NCBI GenBank assembly: GCA_051294905.1
Contig: CM119371.1
Span: 14,510,001-14,574,000 of the forward strand
Source: Botryllus schlosseri
Taxonomy: Eukaryota
Direction of reading: 5' to 3'
DNA: 64,000 nucleotides
The notes under the pieces were generated by a model that did no database searches, was not told the DNA's origin, and was given only the letters and a program-made list of their open reading frames with translations. The translations under genes were made by a program, and so were the position numbers. Below are positions 12,642-27,600 of the stretch, piece by piece; the stretch's first letter is position 1; each line of letters opens with the position of its first letter.

Positions 12642-15600
12642 GTAAGTAAACCTTTACTTAGAAGTGCCACCGCTAATGGGGTTGTGAAGTGTGAACTATC
12701 GCCACATGTAACGATCTTACCGCACGTTATTAATAGCCTCTGTAGGGTTCATTACATGTTTCTATGTGTCGGAGGTTTGCCTGGGCTCCTCATCGCTAAC
12801 CTCGCCGCCTGATCGAAAAGCCCAGGGTCATGGGTAGCCGAGCCAATAAGGTCGGCAGTAGAATAGTAAGTTGCGGGCGCATGAAAATCGAGAGAGACTG
12901 ATGGTGGCGTGTGCATGGAAGTCGTCCGTAATATGACGAAAAGACCGTAAAAGACATGTGACGTTATTGAAATTAACGTACTTGGCGCAAATGACCTTTC
13001 AGGTGGTAAGCGCCAAGGTTGTGCGACAACAAGTCGGGTATAATAACATGTATTCGTCCGAGCATTTTCATATTCTTGTGTGAATATGTCAGTTAGAAAT
13101 TTTAATGGCGATCAATCAATAAAACCATAGCGAATATGACCAAGACCAAGCGTATGCTTACGGTGCTCTGTATTTATCATATTCATGGAACATCTTACTA
13201 TCCGTCATTTGCCCACAGGTATTATAGACGGAGGAACCACCCAATCGGTTAAGGTGAGTAGAATACTAGTACAAGTTTCTCTAGCGTTACGTTTGCGACA
13301 TCATACCCAAACGGGCATGAGAGGATAAACTGTGGGGTTTCTGGTAAGTACCAAGCAGGTTATCAGGCCCAATACATACCTAGTTGTACAATAGCGATGT
13401 CAGCAGAGGTGGTCAGTAACGACGTACTTTTTATTTTCTGCGTACCGAAGTATGTTTTGCAAGCTTGCACTACTTACTCAAGTGGCTATGTTGGTCAAAT
13501 ACTTCCTCGTCTACTAATAAGTTTTTAAGCTACAACTACTTAAATCTTATGCTTTCAATTCTGTGAATACAGAGTAGTTTCGACTTTCGAGGTAAGTTAT
13601 ACAGTAGGCTACCAACAGCACTATCTGCTTGGTCGCGATAATTTTAGCCGCCTCATTTTCATAATGCTGTGAGGACACGGATGAATTGTGAAAGGCAGAA
13701 CAAAGATTTCGTCATATAGTCCAAGTCAAAAATTAAATGGGAAAGGTCGTCATTTGTAAGAATCGTTTGCTGATGCCATTCTTATCTTGTACAATCGGCC
13801 TGGGTTACCATATTTTGGAAATGTGAAAAGGGGACATTTTTTCAAAATTTTCACACTTACGATTATGGAGTAAAATCTGGAAAAAGTGGTAATTTTTCCT
13901 GACTTTGTGGTTGGTCGACTAAAAAAGAAACAAGGTCAACTTTCCGGCTCGGCTCCAAAAATACACACTATTGTTGAGTTCTCTGTCTGCCGATTAAAAA
14001 GAAAGTCAACAGCTCCAGAAATAGCCGCCTGAGCGTTACTACGGTGCTGATTTAATGTATCGCAGTCGAATTTTACTCTATATTCAACCAATATTCTCAA
14101 AAAAGAAGACATAAAAGAGGACATTTGGGAGTCCTCCAAGGATACTTTCGAAAAAGTCAAAAAAGAGAACCAATCATCTTAAAAGTATGGTAACCCTAGG
14201 TTTACTTTCAGCCAACTTCGCGGCGAAATGCGGATTATGAAGTTCAATATCGACCAGGCGATATCGTTATTGTTGGCCTGGTGCCGGTGCACAGTAGAGA
14301 AAGCGAGAACTGCACCATCATTCGGGAGAGTGGGATACAAGCTGTCGAAACGATGAACATGATCATTGACCAGGTGTTTGAATATTTAGCATACGTCTTC
14401 AGTAACGAATCACTTCTACTTTTCTGGAGTTCTCAAATTGGGTGGGGTTGTTTTTGTATTAGGGATGGTGCGAACTCCTTGAACGCGAACCTTTTGGAAA
14501 GGTTCTGAGGAACGCGAACGTGAACCTATGACATCACGTGACGTCATGTTGCTAATTGCAACCGTACATTTCCGTAAAGTTATATATTATGTTTACTTGA
14601 TAACTGGCGACGACTCATGCCATATTATACCACAATGCTGAAGTACGTGCCGACTTTTCAAGCGTCACATATAATGTATCAAATTGAACAACCAAATGCT
14701 ATCATAATTCTACAAAATCGCCTTATTTACAATCTCGATGAGGGCTCGGCTGGACTGGGCAGATGTATTTTTAATAGCGAAACATCGATTTCTATATTTG
14801 CTCCAGATATTATCTCAAAAGCAGGTTATACAGTAGCCAACGCCTCAATCGGACAGATTTAGTTTTTATGATGCAATAAGGATATCAAATCAAGATAAAT
14901 CCATCCCGTCCGCCTGATAGATTTTTTACGTTAGACATCGATACATTCTTTATGTCAATTCCGTTAAAGTAAATAACTTATTAGTTGACTAAGCACAATT
15001 CACTGACTCCCTACACGTAGTGTGCTTCGTTCTTGCTATTGTGTGCTTGCGGGCAAAACTCACGGCAGAGAGTCAGTAAAGATTCACAAACGGACAGCTG
15101 AATAATTCGAGCAAAATTTCAAGCAAATAATTTTCGAATTTGGCAAGTTACCTAAATGCTCGCTTAGTGCTCAATTTCATTTCGTGGTGCCAGCTCATGC
15201 GGAGAGTGGTCCAAAGTTGAAATGCAAAGAAATTCAACCTACGACGCTATAAAGATGTGAAAAATTGTATTAAATGAAAAAGGTTCACAGTGCTGAACCT
15301 AGCAAGGTTCGTTTGTGAATGCAAACCTGCAAATTCCAAACTTTCACACCCAGAATGCGAACGTGATCCTCACGTTCACGCCATCCCTAGTATTATACAA
15401 CTTCTATTTATACGTAGAAATTATTTACAGAAAAATACTTAGTTTTCACACTTTGGAAATTCTGAAAATTTGAAAGCTGTGTTGCAATAAGTTTGCATCT
15501 CTTTTCTGAGTGAAATTATCATAAGAATCGCATGAAAGAGCCCCTGTATCATGGTGACTTAATATTGTTGCGAAGATTCTATTTATCATTAGTGTCTTAC

Positions 15601-18600
15601 AGTTCTTTTCCGTTAATTGCGAAGAGTAATCTGACAAATACGAATAACAGCTAAACGTGTTCGACCCCTCTACCAAATCTGCTTTTGAAACTACCTTGAG
15701 TAGTTCATAAACAAAAACAACCTTGAGTAGTTTTCATGCCTTCAATTTCCTGCTTCGCCTTGAAGTAGTTCCGGCCAGTCTTGGGAACATATTATTCTAC
15801 TTGAAAATAAATATAAATCGATGGCGTTACGTCAACGTCTACTCGAGTTTTATCGTTGCCCGTATGTACCGCTAGATATCTCTTGATAACTGCAGATCAG
15901 ACTGTAAGCTTAATGCCGGGCGATAATAAAATATCGTATCTATACACCGCGTCCATATATTGAATTGTTTGATCATAAAATAGATTCATTGGATTTACGA
16001 AGTGTGTATATTAAGGATATGTTATATAAAGGCATCGCATTGACAAAATTGGTAATAAAATTGTGGTGGCAAAGAAATTAGATTAAAGTAATTTGCTCTA
16101 ATACGATACTATCACGGTATGGAAATAAACACGGACGAATTCCATCGCAGGTGAACGCTGATGAGAAGATTCTGCCCGGAATCAAGCTAGGTAGCATTAT
16201 CATTGATACGTGTAACTCGGATACTGAAGCTGTACGGCGGGTAAGAGTTAACATTGTTACAACTGTGTTGCTATATGTTGTTGTTGATAACAATGATATT
16301 ATTCACTTGATACCGACATTATTAAATCATCAAACAGCTAATTGCATACTTTGGTAATCTATCGTGATATCTCAGGGGAAAGAGTTTTGTACCCGATATC
16401 GATATATACTGGGAATATGAATATGCTTATTTGAAACACACAATAACGTGTGTACTGTGGTCTCAAGGACCATAGTGTAATGATGGGTCTGAATTAGTGG
16501 CGGTAAGGCAATCGCAACGTATGCTTTTCTTTCTAACAGTTAATTTCGAATATCATACCGCACGTTTCTGACGAGGATGCACAGTGTTCCCATCTTCAGA
16601 CCGATGAACTATCGCGTCCTCTTGTAGCGGGTACGGAATAAACTTATTCAATAGATGATTACTGCTCATCATCATGGGTATGAAAGACGATTTTATATCC
16701 CCGGGTCTTTTTTATGTATGGCGCTCATAGGAGTCAGCGGTGGCGCATCTAGCTCCGTATCGATTCAGGCGGCGAATATTCTACAAGCATTTTCAGTTCC
16801 CCAGGTTAGTAACCCACTTCACTGAACTGACGAAACATCTTGGGCCTTTTTCAAACCAGGACAAATTCGATTTTTCGGAACTCGAAAAGAAGTATTCTCA
16901 TGATAAAATTAGTGACATAGTCACAAACTAAAATTGATGGCCAAAGTATCAAGCGTTAGCACATAAGTGCAGCCAACGGAAAAAGGGGGGTGAGTCAGGG
17001 TTGTCACCAAGTCACAAGGCTCCGAGTCACTAGTCAATCTCACTTTTACAGTTTTGACTAGAGTCAAGTCGAGTCATTTTCAATTCACCACCTAGTCAAG
17101 TCAGCGAGCAGCTAGTCGAGTGCGAGTCACGGTATTATGAATCGATTCCGAGTCCAAGTCATTGTGTTGACTAATCAGTTTCCAGTATTTTGTTAAACCC
17201 AATTTTTGTGACTGTTTGGTGATATCGAATGGTTCTCATTTATAATATATTAATATTCCTCCCTTTTAGCAGTTTCTGGTCGCATTTTCAAGTACCAGTG
17301 CCAGTAGACGTAATGCCAATAGTCTGGTTACTTTACAATTTTTCGAAATTACAATGAAATGTCGGTTTTGGCCGTCTGAGTCTCGAGTAATATGACTTTA
17401 TTCGAGTCGTACGCAATGAATCGAGTCCAGGTCGAGTCAATACACAGATTGACTCGAGTCGAGTCGAGTCATTTCCGTATTTTGAGAAAATGACTCGAGT
17501 AGAGTCTAGTCATCAGAAAATCCTGACTCTAGGTCTAGGTGACCCTGGGTTGAGTATTCTTTTAAAACGTAATGTCATTGATACATTGTCCGATAATAAA
17601 CAAAGTCTCACAAACACTCTACAAATCCGAGATCGGAGGGGTGAGGCTAGCAAGCTTGTATTGACATCCGTTCGCCATCTGGTTACGTCAGAGATACAAA
17701 ATACAGAGTTGGCTCGTAACGAAGTTCTAGTTTTTTTGAAGTATGGTATGGTACAGTGGTTCCCAACCTTTTTGTCTTCATTCTCCACTGCCGATTTATT
17801 CCGAGCTTTCATTCCCCACTACCCAAAACTTTTGTCATTACGGAGTAGCTATTTGCGTGTTTGAGTACACAAGAAACACAGCCACAACAGTACGCAAGAC
17901 AATCGGCTGTAACTGCTACATAAAACGTACTGTGGACCGATATCGGTAACCCTAAAAATTTAGTGAAAGCGTTATTTCACGTCATACTAGTCGAAGTCGT
18001 GCTGGATGCGTTTTTGACGATATCATTGGTTATCCAGAGTTAAAAATGAGGTTTTTTGAACAACAATATAACAGAGATATAATTTTCGATACATACATTT
18101 TAGAGCAGTTAACTAGTATCGGTAATTGCGCATGCGTCTCCGTAAATATGTAGACTGTCCTGTATATCATTTTGAACAAATGCGTCTATTCCCCACCAGA
18201 AACCATTGAATTCCCCACCAGTTTTGAATTCCCGGTTGGGGACCATTAGTATAGTAGGTTTTGCCTAATTTCACTACTTACTAATTGTACTACTTTGCCC
18301 AATTCCACTTGTATTCAATAGTTTGCTGTAGTGTCCACAAAGGCCCAGTAATCGCTACTTGTAGTTGTATTTGTATGCGTCGAAATTTACGACGTAATTG
18401 ACTACTTTACACCTATGACGACAATATATATAGGCCTACCCCTACATATACAGAGAGACGCTTTGGAGTACAGAACCTCATAATGCATTTGAATATTATA
18501 TTCTGACGGTATCCCCTGATGGGTGTCAACCGAAAAGCTTCGAGAAGAAATATGACTTCATTATTCAAATGCAATATACATGCATGTGGGTGTTGTTGTG

Positions 18601-21600
18601 ATTAACAGTCATTCTTGCTGCGTATATAATGGTTGCTGCAACTACCTTTGTGAATAAAATTAATAACTCGATTCTTTAGCCTCGCCCATGCATAGGCAAA
18701 TATAGTTAGGGATGTTCACGATTGCACGACAATACTTGAAATCTTATCTGACACCCACATCCTCGGCAAAAAGATTTATGCAAACTATCGGTTGTGCTTC
18801 ACTCAAAGTAAACTAAGAGTTAAACAATTTACATAAACTTCCTCAAGCGTCGGGATCGATGGACCACTATCTAATGTGTGCGGTAAATTTGTGGCAATGA
18901 ATGTGATGTCACAACGCAAACTATGACATGAAATGCCGTCATTCCTGTGCGATATAAAGGCGTCTTCACGTTCATCTCTTTTCATGTCAAACACCAAGAA
19001 TTGTATATGATGTTAAACTTAAGCCATGAGTTTGGGTGAGATCTTGTGTCATTACGAATTAACGTTATCCCTGACATGTTACTAGTACTGTTTAAAACTC
19101 ATCGGATTATTGGTTTTAGGTCAGTTATTGGTCAAGTAGTTCTGAGCTCAGCAACAAAGAGCGGTACAAGTATTTCTTCAGAGTCGTGCCTCCGGATGAC
19201 AAGCAGGTGAACAATCATATGTTTTATTGCGTTACCAAGATAGGTTTGATATGGCCGTTAGAATACTATTATAATGAATGTGAAAGGCTTATCGTGGTAG
19301 GCTCGTTTTACCTATTTACCAGACCTCAATCGGGGCCTACGATACTTACGGCCTAATATGGCACATTACACCTGCAGGATATAAGAGGCCGACACTCCCA
19401 AACAGACATCACGATTGACTCAGCGATTGTTTTAATTTGCTTGTCGACAATACTAAATGCCTCCCAACCTGAAGCAAAATGCACTCATTTCACTCGGCGA
19501 GATCTAGCTAGACCAGGGGTGGGCAAACTTTTGAGCTCGCGGGCCGCATTCAACATCTGAATCCATTCGCGGGCCGCACTATATAAAATTGGGATTATAA
19601 ACTATTCAACTTTTGGTTCAGTTCCAGGACACAGAATGCTGACAGCATCATAACCATGTTAGCTTCAAACACGCTTCTACTATATGTGGATAAAATACAA
19701 ATAACCTAATTCTACGCATTCAGAAAACGAATTTACCTAATACACGCGCGAATCGTATTTTTTTTATAAGCACGTCACTGAAATAATTTAAAACTTGAGA
19801 GGCCAATCTGAAATCACACTCGTGATCTGAATTATGTCATGCGATCTCGTTTAGGATTGCGATGATGTTTAGCAGTTGAAACCTTTCAAACTGCGTGGGC
19901 CGTGAGATCGAGCTGTCGCGGCAGATATGTAACATGAAAAATAATACAGGAAGTATTTACGTTAGAACAGTGGTTCTCAAACTTTTTAAGACACGCCCCC
20001 CCCCTCATGATGGTAAAATATTTTCTGCCCCCCCCCCCCCCCCCTTATTGTCATATCACAAAACGCAACTATGATGCTAGCAAACCTAACGGATTGTTTC
20101 GACTGTGGATGAGAAATGTGAAATACAGACTAAATACAGAGCTATAATTATGAATGGAATGTAATTCGCGCGGAGCGTGAAATTTTTTCCTGTTGAGCTC
20201 AGCTTCGCGCCCCCCTTCAGATGCTTTCACGCCCCTAAGAGGAGTGTTTCCCCTGTTTGAGAACCACTGCCTTAGAATTATTACGGTGAAATTTACCAAG
20301 AAAAAGTTTAATCAAGTCCCTGCAGTATTCGATTTTCAGTGTGGATTTTATCAATATTTTTAATAAGTTTCTTTAGACTCTTGCGGGCCGCACAGGACGG
20401 TGTGAAGGGCCGCATGCGGCCCGCGGGCCGTAGTTTGCCCACCCCTGAGCTAGACGTATGCATCTGGTTATATGCTGCTGTATATGCTTATAATACAAGG
20501 TAGGCTACTGTTACTGTGAAGTTGCGATTGAGCTAATCACATTTTGAGGCAAGGTTTTCGAGCTGGTCGCCAAGTTAGAATTATTATTTAATGGTGTCAC
20601 GATCAGCTATTACCGTAGTACAACTCTGTACGATTGCAGTGAAGATATGGTTAGGTGCTGTTTGGACCATCCGGTAGCATCTTGGTATAGGGTAATTATG
20701 TAGTTGGAAATAGTACTTCATGTTGCACTAGTTGCAGTATTAAACAAACTAATATCGGATAGAATTCATGGTGGTATTTTATGCAGAATTTATGACAGTG
20801 AATTTTGACATATTATATGTATGCTTGACGGTTCAGGCTTGGCTTAATGTATAATTGAACGATAATGATCAACAAATGCTGTGTTTATGGCTGTAAATCT
20901 GGAAATTTAACTACTGAACAAAATTTTTCGTTGTTTCACTTTGCATTTGATGATGCGGAGTTACAAAACAAATGGATATATTTTGTGAAGAGGCGCGATT
21001 GGAAGCCAACTCTCAATTCTGTAATCTGTGAATTGCACTTTGAATCAAAGTACATCAACGACTTTGGCTTGCGAAAACGACTATGTTTGGGCGAAAAACC
21101 AGTCCTGGTGAAGGCATTGCCAGAGACCGAATTTACGGGAACTTGGTAAGCGGGGCAATTGCTGGATTGTATTTCAACTCTCAATCGCCATGGATTTGCT
21201 GTTCGAGGACTTGTGTCGGATAATCATTCTTCCATGTAAAAACATTTGCATTAATGAGAAAAAAATACCCTGGAAATGATAAGTTCTCTTTTCATCATCA
21301 TCCTGCGCCAAGAAAAAGTATCTATTTTTCGATACTGTACGTACATCTTGTAAAGAGTATACGAAACAATTTACTCCGAGCCAAGAAATTCGTTTTTCCT
21401 CCATTCTCATTCACCATTGATTCTTCAAGTATATTATCGCCTGGTGGATTCGTTGCATGGGACGATCTTCTCAAAATCAGGAAATGTGATGATAAGCTGG
21501 ATTCGAATTTGTGTAAAGCGCCAAAATTGACATTTGCCTCATTGCATCCAAGCAATAACAAACAGAATATCAACTTAGCTCTTGCTCCATTCCATGAGTC

Positions 21601-24600
21601 AACTATTGCAGCTTGCAAAAGTTGCTTGCCTCACAGGGAAGATATGGCTTCATTTTTGAGTCTTACTAATGCTTGGTGTACAATCGTCAATTTCTGTCAA
21701 GAGATTTTCAGCGAACCCCTAGGCCAAAGGTCCCACAAGATGCAAAAATTGATTATTTTCAAGACTTTGCTAATTGGCTTATAAAATGGAATGGATATAA
21801 CCCCCAGAACTAATGTCTGTCAAAGCAAACCTTCAAAGCTCCGATTGTCACCCTGCAGTCGCAGTCACTGCTTATGCAAAATTTGTTAGCAGAGGGGTAT
21901 GAATATGTTATTCCCTGAAAATTCCAAAGTGATCCGATTGAAAGAAGGTTCTCGCGGTATAGGCAAATGAGTGGGGAGATTTCTGTATGTTTAACAGAAG
22001 TTACCAATTCTGAAAAGATAATTCTGCTCCGTTTCATCCTAAAAATTGAGGTAAACTACTGGGAGCATGATATTGGTGTTTCAAGTTCAACTCATTTTGA
22101 TCATTTCAAACAAGTCATTGAAGATGTGGCGATTGAAATTACCGAATCAATTCTATCTCCTGACAACGAGGAGGTGTCGTATGTTGTGGCTGGGTACAAT
22201 GCTAAGAAGGTCCTCGAATAATTGTCTTGTCAAATATGTTATGAGTCCTTTTTGATGAGTCCTGTGGTGCCCGTACTGCAGTAATTCATTTCACTTGCAG
22301 AACTTCTATGGCTAAGCTTCATGTAAGTTTTTCAGAGTAGTTCCAAATGAATGAATTTCATTTTCACGTGCTTGAATTCGTTTTACCAACATGCAATAAA
22401 ATCCTTCTACATGCTCAAGTTGGGGATTCTCGTTACATTGTCTTCTGCGTTGGTGGATAAAGACGTTGCGACGCTGTCACTTGGCTCTTAATTGGGTTGT
22501 TTCACCTGAAAGTACTAATTTTGCCTGTTATACAGCTTTATTAGACTTGTCTGGCGAGGCGTCTGGTATCGAGAAGTGAGATCGCAAACAATCATTGAGT
22601 CAGTCGTGATGTCTGTTTTGTAAGCGTCGGCCTCTTATATCCTGCAAGTGTAATGTGCCATATTAGGCCGTAAGTATCGTAGGCCCCGCCTCAATATAAT
22701 CCAACGAATCAAGTTAGCGATCGGTTAATCATCCGCGGTGGCACTATGGCGCTCCATAACATTTCCGGTCGTGAAAGGTTGCACAAACCAATCGACAGGA
22801 ACGTCCGTATATTACCCGCTAAATCACAGCGTACTAAGGAAACTGTGTCGCTTGTCAAGGGTCAACTGAATTTCAGTAAAATGACTCACGAACACTGCTA
22901 TTCTATTTCAGGCGAAAGCAATTGTTGCATTCGTAAAAGAACGCGGATGGACCTACATATCGATAGTTTACGATGACGAGACATATGGCATAAATGGTTT
23001 TCACGGTAATGAACATATAGATACTATAGCATAATATTGTTGGTTCGTAAAGTATATTGGTATTGGGTTACTCGTTCAGGGTTCTTATTGAAATCCGAAC
23101 AGGTTTACTGACAACTTCCCGATAGTTTTGATTGGAAACCCTGTTTTGTAAAAATCTTATGCTGAATTTAGAAATGAAGGTTCCTGCTAGTGCAGAGCGG
23201 ATCGGCAAATTCTCTGATCCTACTCCGATCCTGTTTTCCAAAGCTCTGGTCCGACTCCGGTCCGACTCCTAGGCCGGATTCTAGAAATGACAGTGATCCG
23301 GTCCGAAAAACTCAGATAATACTCATGTACTCACAGGATGGTATTAAATATTGATTCAAACAATGCAAACAGGAAATTAAAACCTCAAAGATCAAACCCA
23401 TCTCAAACTTATCTCATGTAATTATGCCAACTTGGACTTTGCGTGACTGTGAGAAAGCTGTGTCCTTGTATTCTGTGTCTGCTTTCTTGCGGTGACGCTT
23501 AAAATAAATAATTCATTTCGACTGCTGCAATAAAATAGAATTTACTGTTCTCTAACAACTCATAACGAGATGCAGCGCAATTTTAGAAGTACGAGATCAA
23601 GCGAGGGCAGAGGGCATATGCATCGGCACTTTTCAAGCTATTCCACGCACTCCTACAAAACAATATCTTCGAAATATCGTGAAGAATCTGTTGCATCAAA
23701 AGTCGAAAGGTGGGCTAATGTTTCTAGTATAGGCATTGCCTTCCCAACGAAATGCTCTGCGTGAAAACCTCACACAAATTCGCAAGTTAAGCACTCCGAA
23801 CGACCCAATAATCAATTGTCGTCAGGTTATATTTTTATCTGAGCAAGGTGCACACAATGTTCAATGCGATGTAATGTTCTTGTCTTTTGATGTTAGTCTC
23901 TATCCAGCGGATCTTTCTTGCTCTTTCCCATGTCTTGTGAGTGCGCTGGGTCTTTTTCTGGGCTTCTCCTCGCCGTAAGAATAGGGACGTGGGGAAAGAG
24001 GAGCCCAGAATAACCTCCGACGCGGAATCGAACCCTGGCCGCCGAGCGGCAGGTCCTTATCATCACCATCACGCTATCTTCCCTGCAAACCAATCGCTCT
24101 TTAAAACTTCCCGAGGCTTGAATAACATCTACCTTGACTCTTAACGGCGTGGTAGAATCATGGTATTTCATTTTTCATGATGACAATGGCATGATAGGGA
24201 TGTTTCTAATTGGAACGGTTTTTAAAAAGTGTTCCGAGGGGATTAGGAGGCCACTTGTTCGGTTTTCTTTTTTAATTTGACCATCGTTACTTCATAATAT
24301 TGTAAAACATGACATGGTGATATTGTCATTACGTTATTTCTACATCTCGGTGTTTGTAGGCGTGTTGGTTGTAATGTATTTAGGGTCAGCGGTACATGAA
24401 ACATATGGCTCATTTGAGTATATACGAATCTGGAGCTCTGCGTTTGACTGAAGGACAGGTTGATAACTCTCGCGCCACTGTGTTCGATGATGATGCGCTG
24501 ATATTATACATCAACTTGATAATTTGCTAGTGGCACTTACGTCGAAGACTATTGCGTTTGATGTGAAAATTCTTATCATACCCCATTTTAATGGGACTTC

Positions 24601-27600
24601 AATATCAGCACCTGAATTGCATCGCATCACAATTTGTATATAACTGGTTCAGGTATGCTACATGCGCAACAGCTTCGCGTGAAAGGGCTATTTGGTGTGA
24701 TTGACTCTCGCCACTCAGCAAACACGGTTCTCGAGAACTGTTGTCAACAAAAACTGCCCAGGCCGATGAGACAATTAAATGTACCTACCATGTGATGATT
24801 ATACTGTCGATTCCGCCCGAGTCCTCTGATTCGATGGGAAAAGGCTAATTTGAACCAATCAATGCGTGAATCCAGTGTGATTCCGTGATGCGTATCACTG
24901 AGACGATGTAATGATGTAAACTAATTGCAGGCCAATGCGCTACAATCTCAAACTTAAAAATGACCTGATCTTTTTCAGTCGTCGTGCTGTTCACAAACGC
25001 TGTTTCAGCATCCAGGGTGATGCTGGCAGCGCAGGAATTCGGCGATGTAGCGAATGAGCTTTTGTGGATAGGCTCGGATGCCTGGACCAATGGGATCCCT
25101 ACTGCAAGAGACAGTTTCAATGACGAAATTCTGCACGGTTCACCGCGTTCATAGTGCGTCAAGACACACTATGTCACGCCAAACTTGTGTTTCAGGTGCG
25201 GTAGGATTTCAACCAGCAGCTAAAGAGTTAGAAGCATTTCCATCCTATTTTCTGAATCTTACGTTGAGCAATTCAAGCAATCCGTGGTTCTCGGAGTATC
25301 TGGAGCACATATTGTGTACTGTGGGTACGAAATATAATCAGTATTCGGAGCTCAATGCCTTTCACAGAACCACCAACATTATGCCAGCTTTACTCGCCAT
25401 GTTTAGTCTCTGAGTTAATACTGGTACAAGCATCTGGTCATCAATATAAATGTAAAATCGGAATATAACAATGTTAGATTCGTTTGGACAACCAAAGTCT
25501 GTCATAAGACGGATCGGGAAAGGAGCTTATACCATATTTAGCTTGATGAATAATTTAAACAAGTCTGGGCTTCGCAATACATTAGTAACGATGAGAATAG
25601 AACTACGGTTAGGGTCACCATACGTCCTCTTTTAAGAGGATTTGTCATCTTCTTTTGGAATTTTGGGTAAATATAGGGTAAAATTTAACTGAGATATAGG
25701 AAATCAGCACTGAAGTAACGCGCCGGTGGCTTTTCGGGAGCTTAGCCGGAAAGTTGACCTTTTTTAGCCACCCTACGGAAAATACAACGAAAGTGTAAAT
25801 TGCCGCAGCCGATTCGGTAAAATGACTTTTTTAATTTTTAAAAAGTGTCCTATTTTCAGATTTCTAAAATATGGTAACCCTAACTAATGTGAACTTATGC
25901 GCAGGAAACGACGCCAGTGAAAGTGAATGTGATCTCAATCAGAAAGTGGATCCAAACTTGTTTCATAATAATCCACGAATGCAAGTAAGTTGATTTGGTA
26001 ATTTCATTTAGCACGATCTTTGGTCCATGGTACATCTCATAGTGTTCTGATCGAGGGTCAGGCCTAACTTGTATGATTTGCGTGGAGTGATTTCGCTAGG
26101 TCATGGGACGCGTTGATCCGAATTTCAATATCGGTAATAACAATAATCCCTTCACAAAATTATTGACCAACATATCAGCACGTATTCTTAGTAAAGTTTC
26201 TTCGCCGTGAATGCGTGAACCAATAGTCACCGTGATGAATTTGTACCCGCTAAACAAGACGGCTTTCAGTAATATAATGCAAAACCATTATGCACTTTTC
26301 GTTTATATTGGATAATATCGGTTTAAGTTACAATGCATATTTACAGCAACCCTGTCCAATTTGTTCACACAGCGAGAGAAGTGTCGTAATAGCCCCGTGA
26401 GGCTTCTGAGAAAGCGAACATCAACGGCATGTGAGCATAATAAGTACTGCAATATTTCAATGACTCCTCGTTATTCTCGCTACGGGGACCCAAGGTTATA
26501 GAAACCATAGTCCCAAAATATTCCAATAACATTTCAGTTCATATAAATTTAAACACGGGGCGTAGCACACGCATTACAATATGTATGCCTGCCTTACATA
26601 GCCCTGCAAAAGTTTAGAAAGGTCGTAGTTTGAAATAAACACCGCAGCTAACCTCATAAGCACTGTATAGCGTTTACCTTGTTATTCGTCGTATCAGCGT
26701 AATGACTAGGGCCATTTTTATATGACCTTAAAAAATCCATAATATTACTTTATTTTTCGGAAAATATGACTTTATATGACTTTATTTGAAAATAGTGTAT
26801 TTTTACATGCAAACAACGTCACTCACGGAACTAAAGAGTAAAACATACGCAACATAACACATCCATTTTTATTAAAAGCCACTGTTGGAGTACAGTTTCA
26901 TGTAGTGCGGAATGTTAGAGTCTTTGAAGTTACGATTTGGACGTAAAATGACTTTAGTAAGGAAAATGAGCGCTCCACAGACGCTGATGTGGGTTGACAT
27001 TTCTGCAGTTTTGCATAAGGCGATGGTGAAATGTCTCGTCTTTGTAGCTCCATAATTTTTTTCATATCGTTTTTGTCCTATTGCTTCCTAATGTAATTTT
27101 TGAGCTCGGGTCTTTTCCGAAATCAAGGGCATTTAGATCAGCATGGGCGTGTACGTAGGCTATTTATAACTTTCCATTACAACATCACATCTGTATTACA
27201 TCACAACTGTATTAAGTTTGAAATATTGTTATAGTGGAGGCAAATTGACTGAATAGTCAACTTTGGATGGTTGACTGAATTTTTGATGCTATCTACAATA
27301 ACTTCACCTTCCTACGTCTCGGCATAATATTGAGCAGCATTCGACCAGCTACCCCAACGATTAACTGCCTTAGTGCTTGATTGCTTCGCCGCGTAAATTG
27401 GTACTTTTTATTTAATCTATACTAAAAATATGACTTTAATGACTTTAAATGGCCCTAGTAATGACTCGATTCACATTTTGTTATTCTAATTTACTTATGT
27501 AATTTATTGAATATGGAAACTGACTAGAATCGATTTGAGTCACATTGTGTGATGACTCAAAGTGTTCTAGTCCGAGTCACAAGGCTCGATTAATTACATG

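Larger units (their letters stand above)
19331..22688 (+). mobile_element. Decayed P-superfamily (THAP9/Galileo-like) DNA transposon
   Basis: About 100-bp TIRs starting CGGGGCCTACGATACTTACGGCCTAATATGGCAC; 7-bp TSD CCTCAAT; internal THAP plus transposase remnant. Confidence 0.92.

Noticed and set aside
24010..24083. tRNA-like sequences here and at 17-50, 2240-2295 and 52590-52660
   Set aside because: They have B boxes but no complete cloverleaf, and they continue into SINE bodies and tails.
24360..24800. Possible extra receptor exons (open stretches after AG at about 24383 and 24652)
   Set aside because: No class C GPCR similarity; exon 9 joins exon 10 in phase and in alignment without them.
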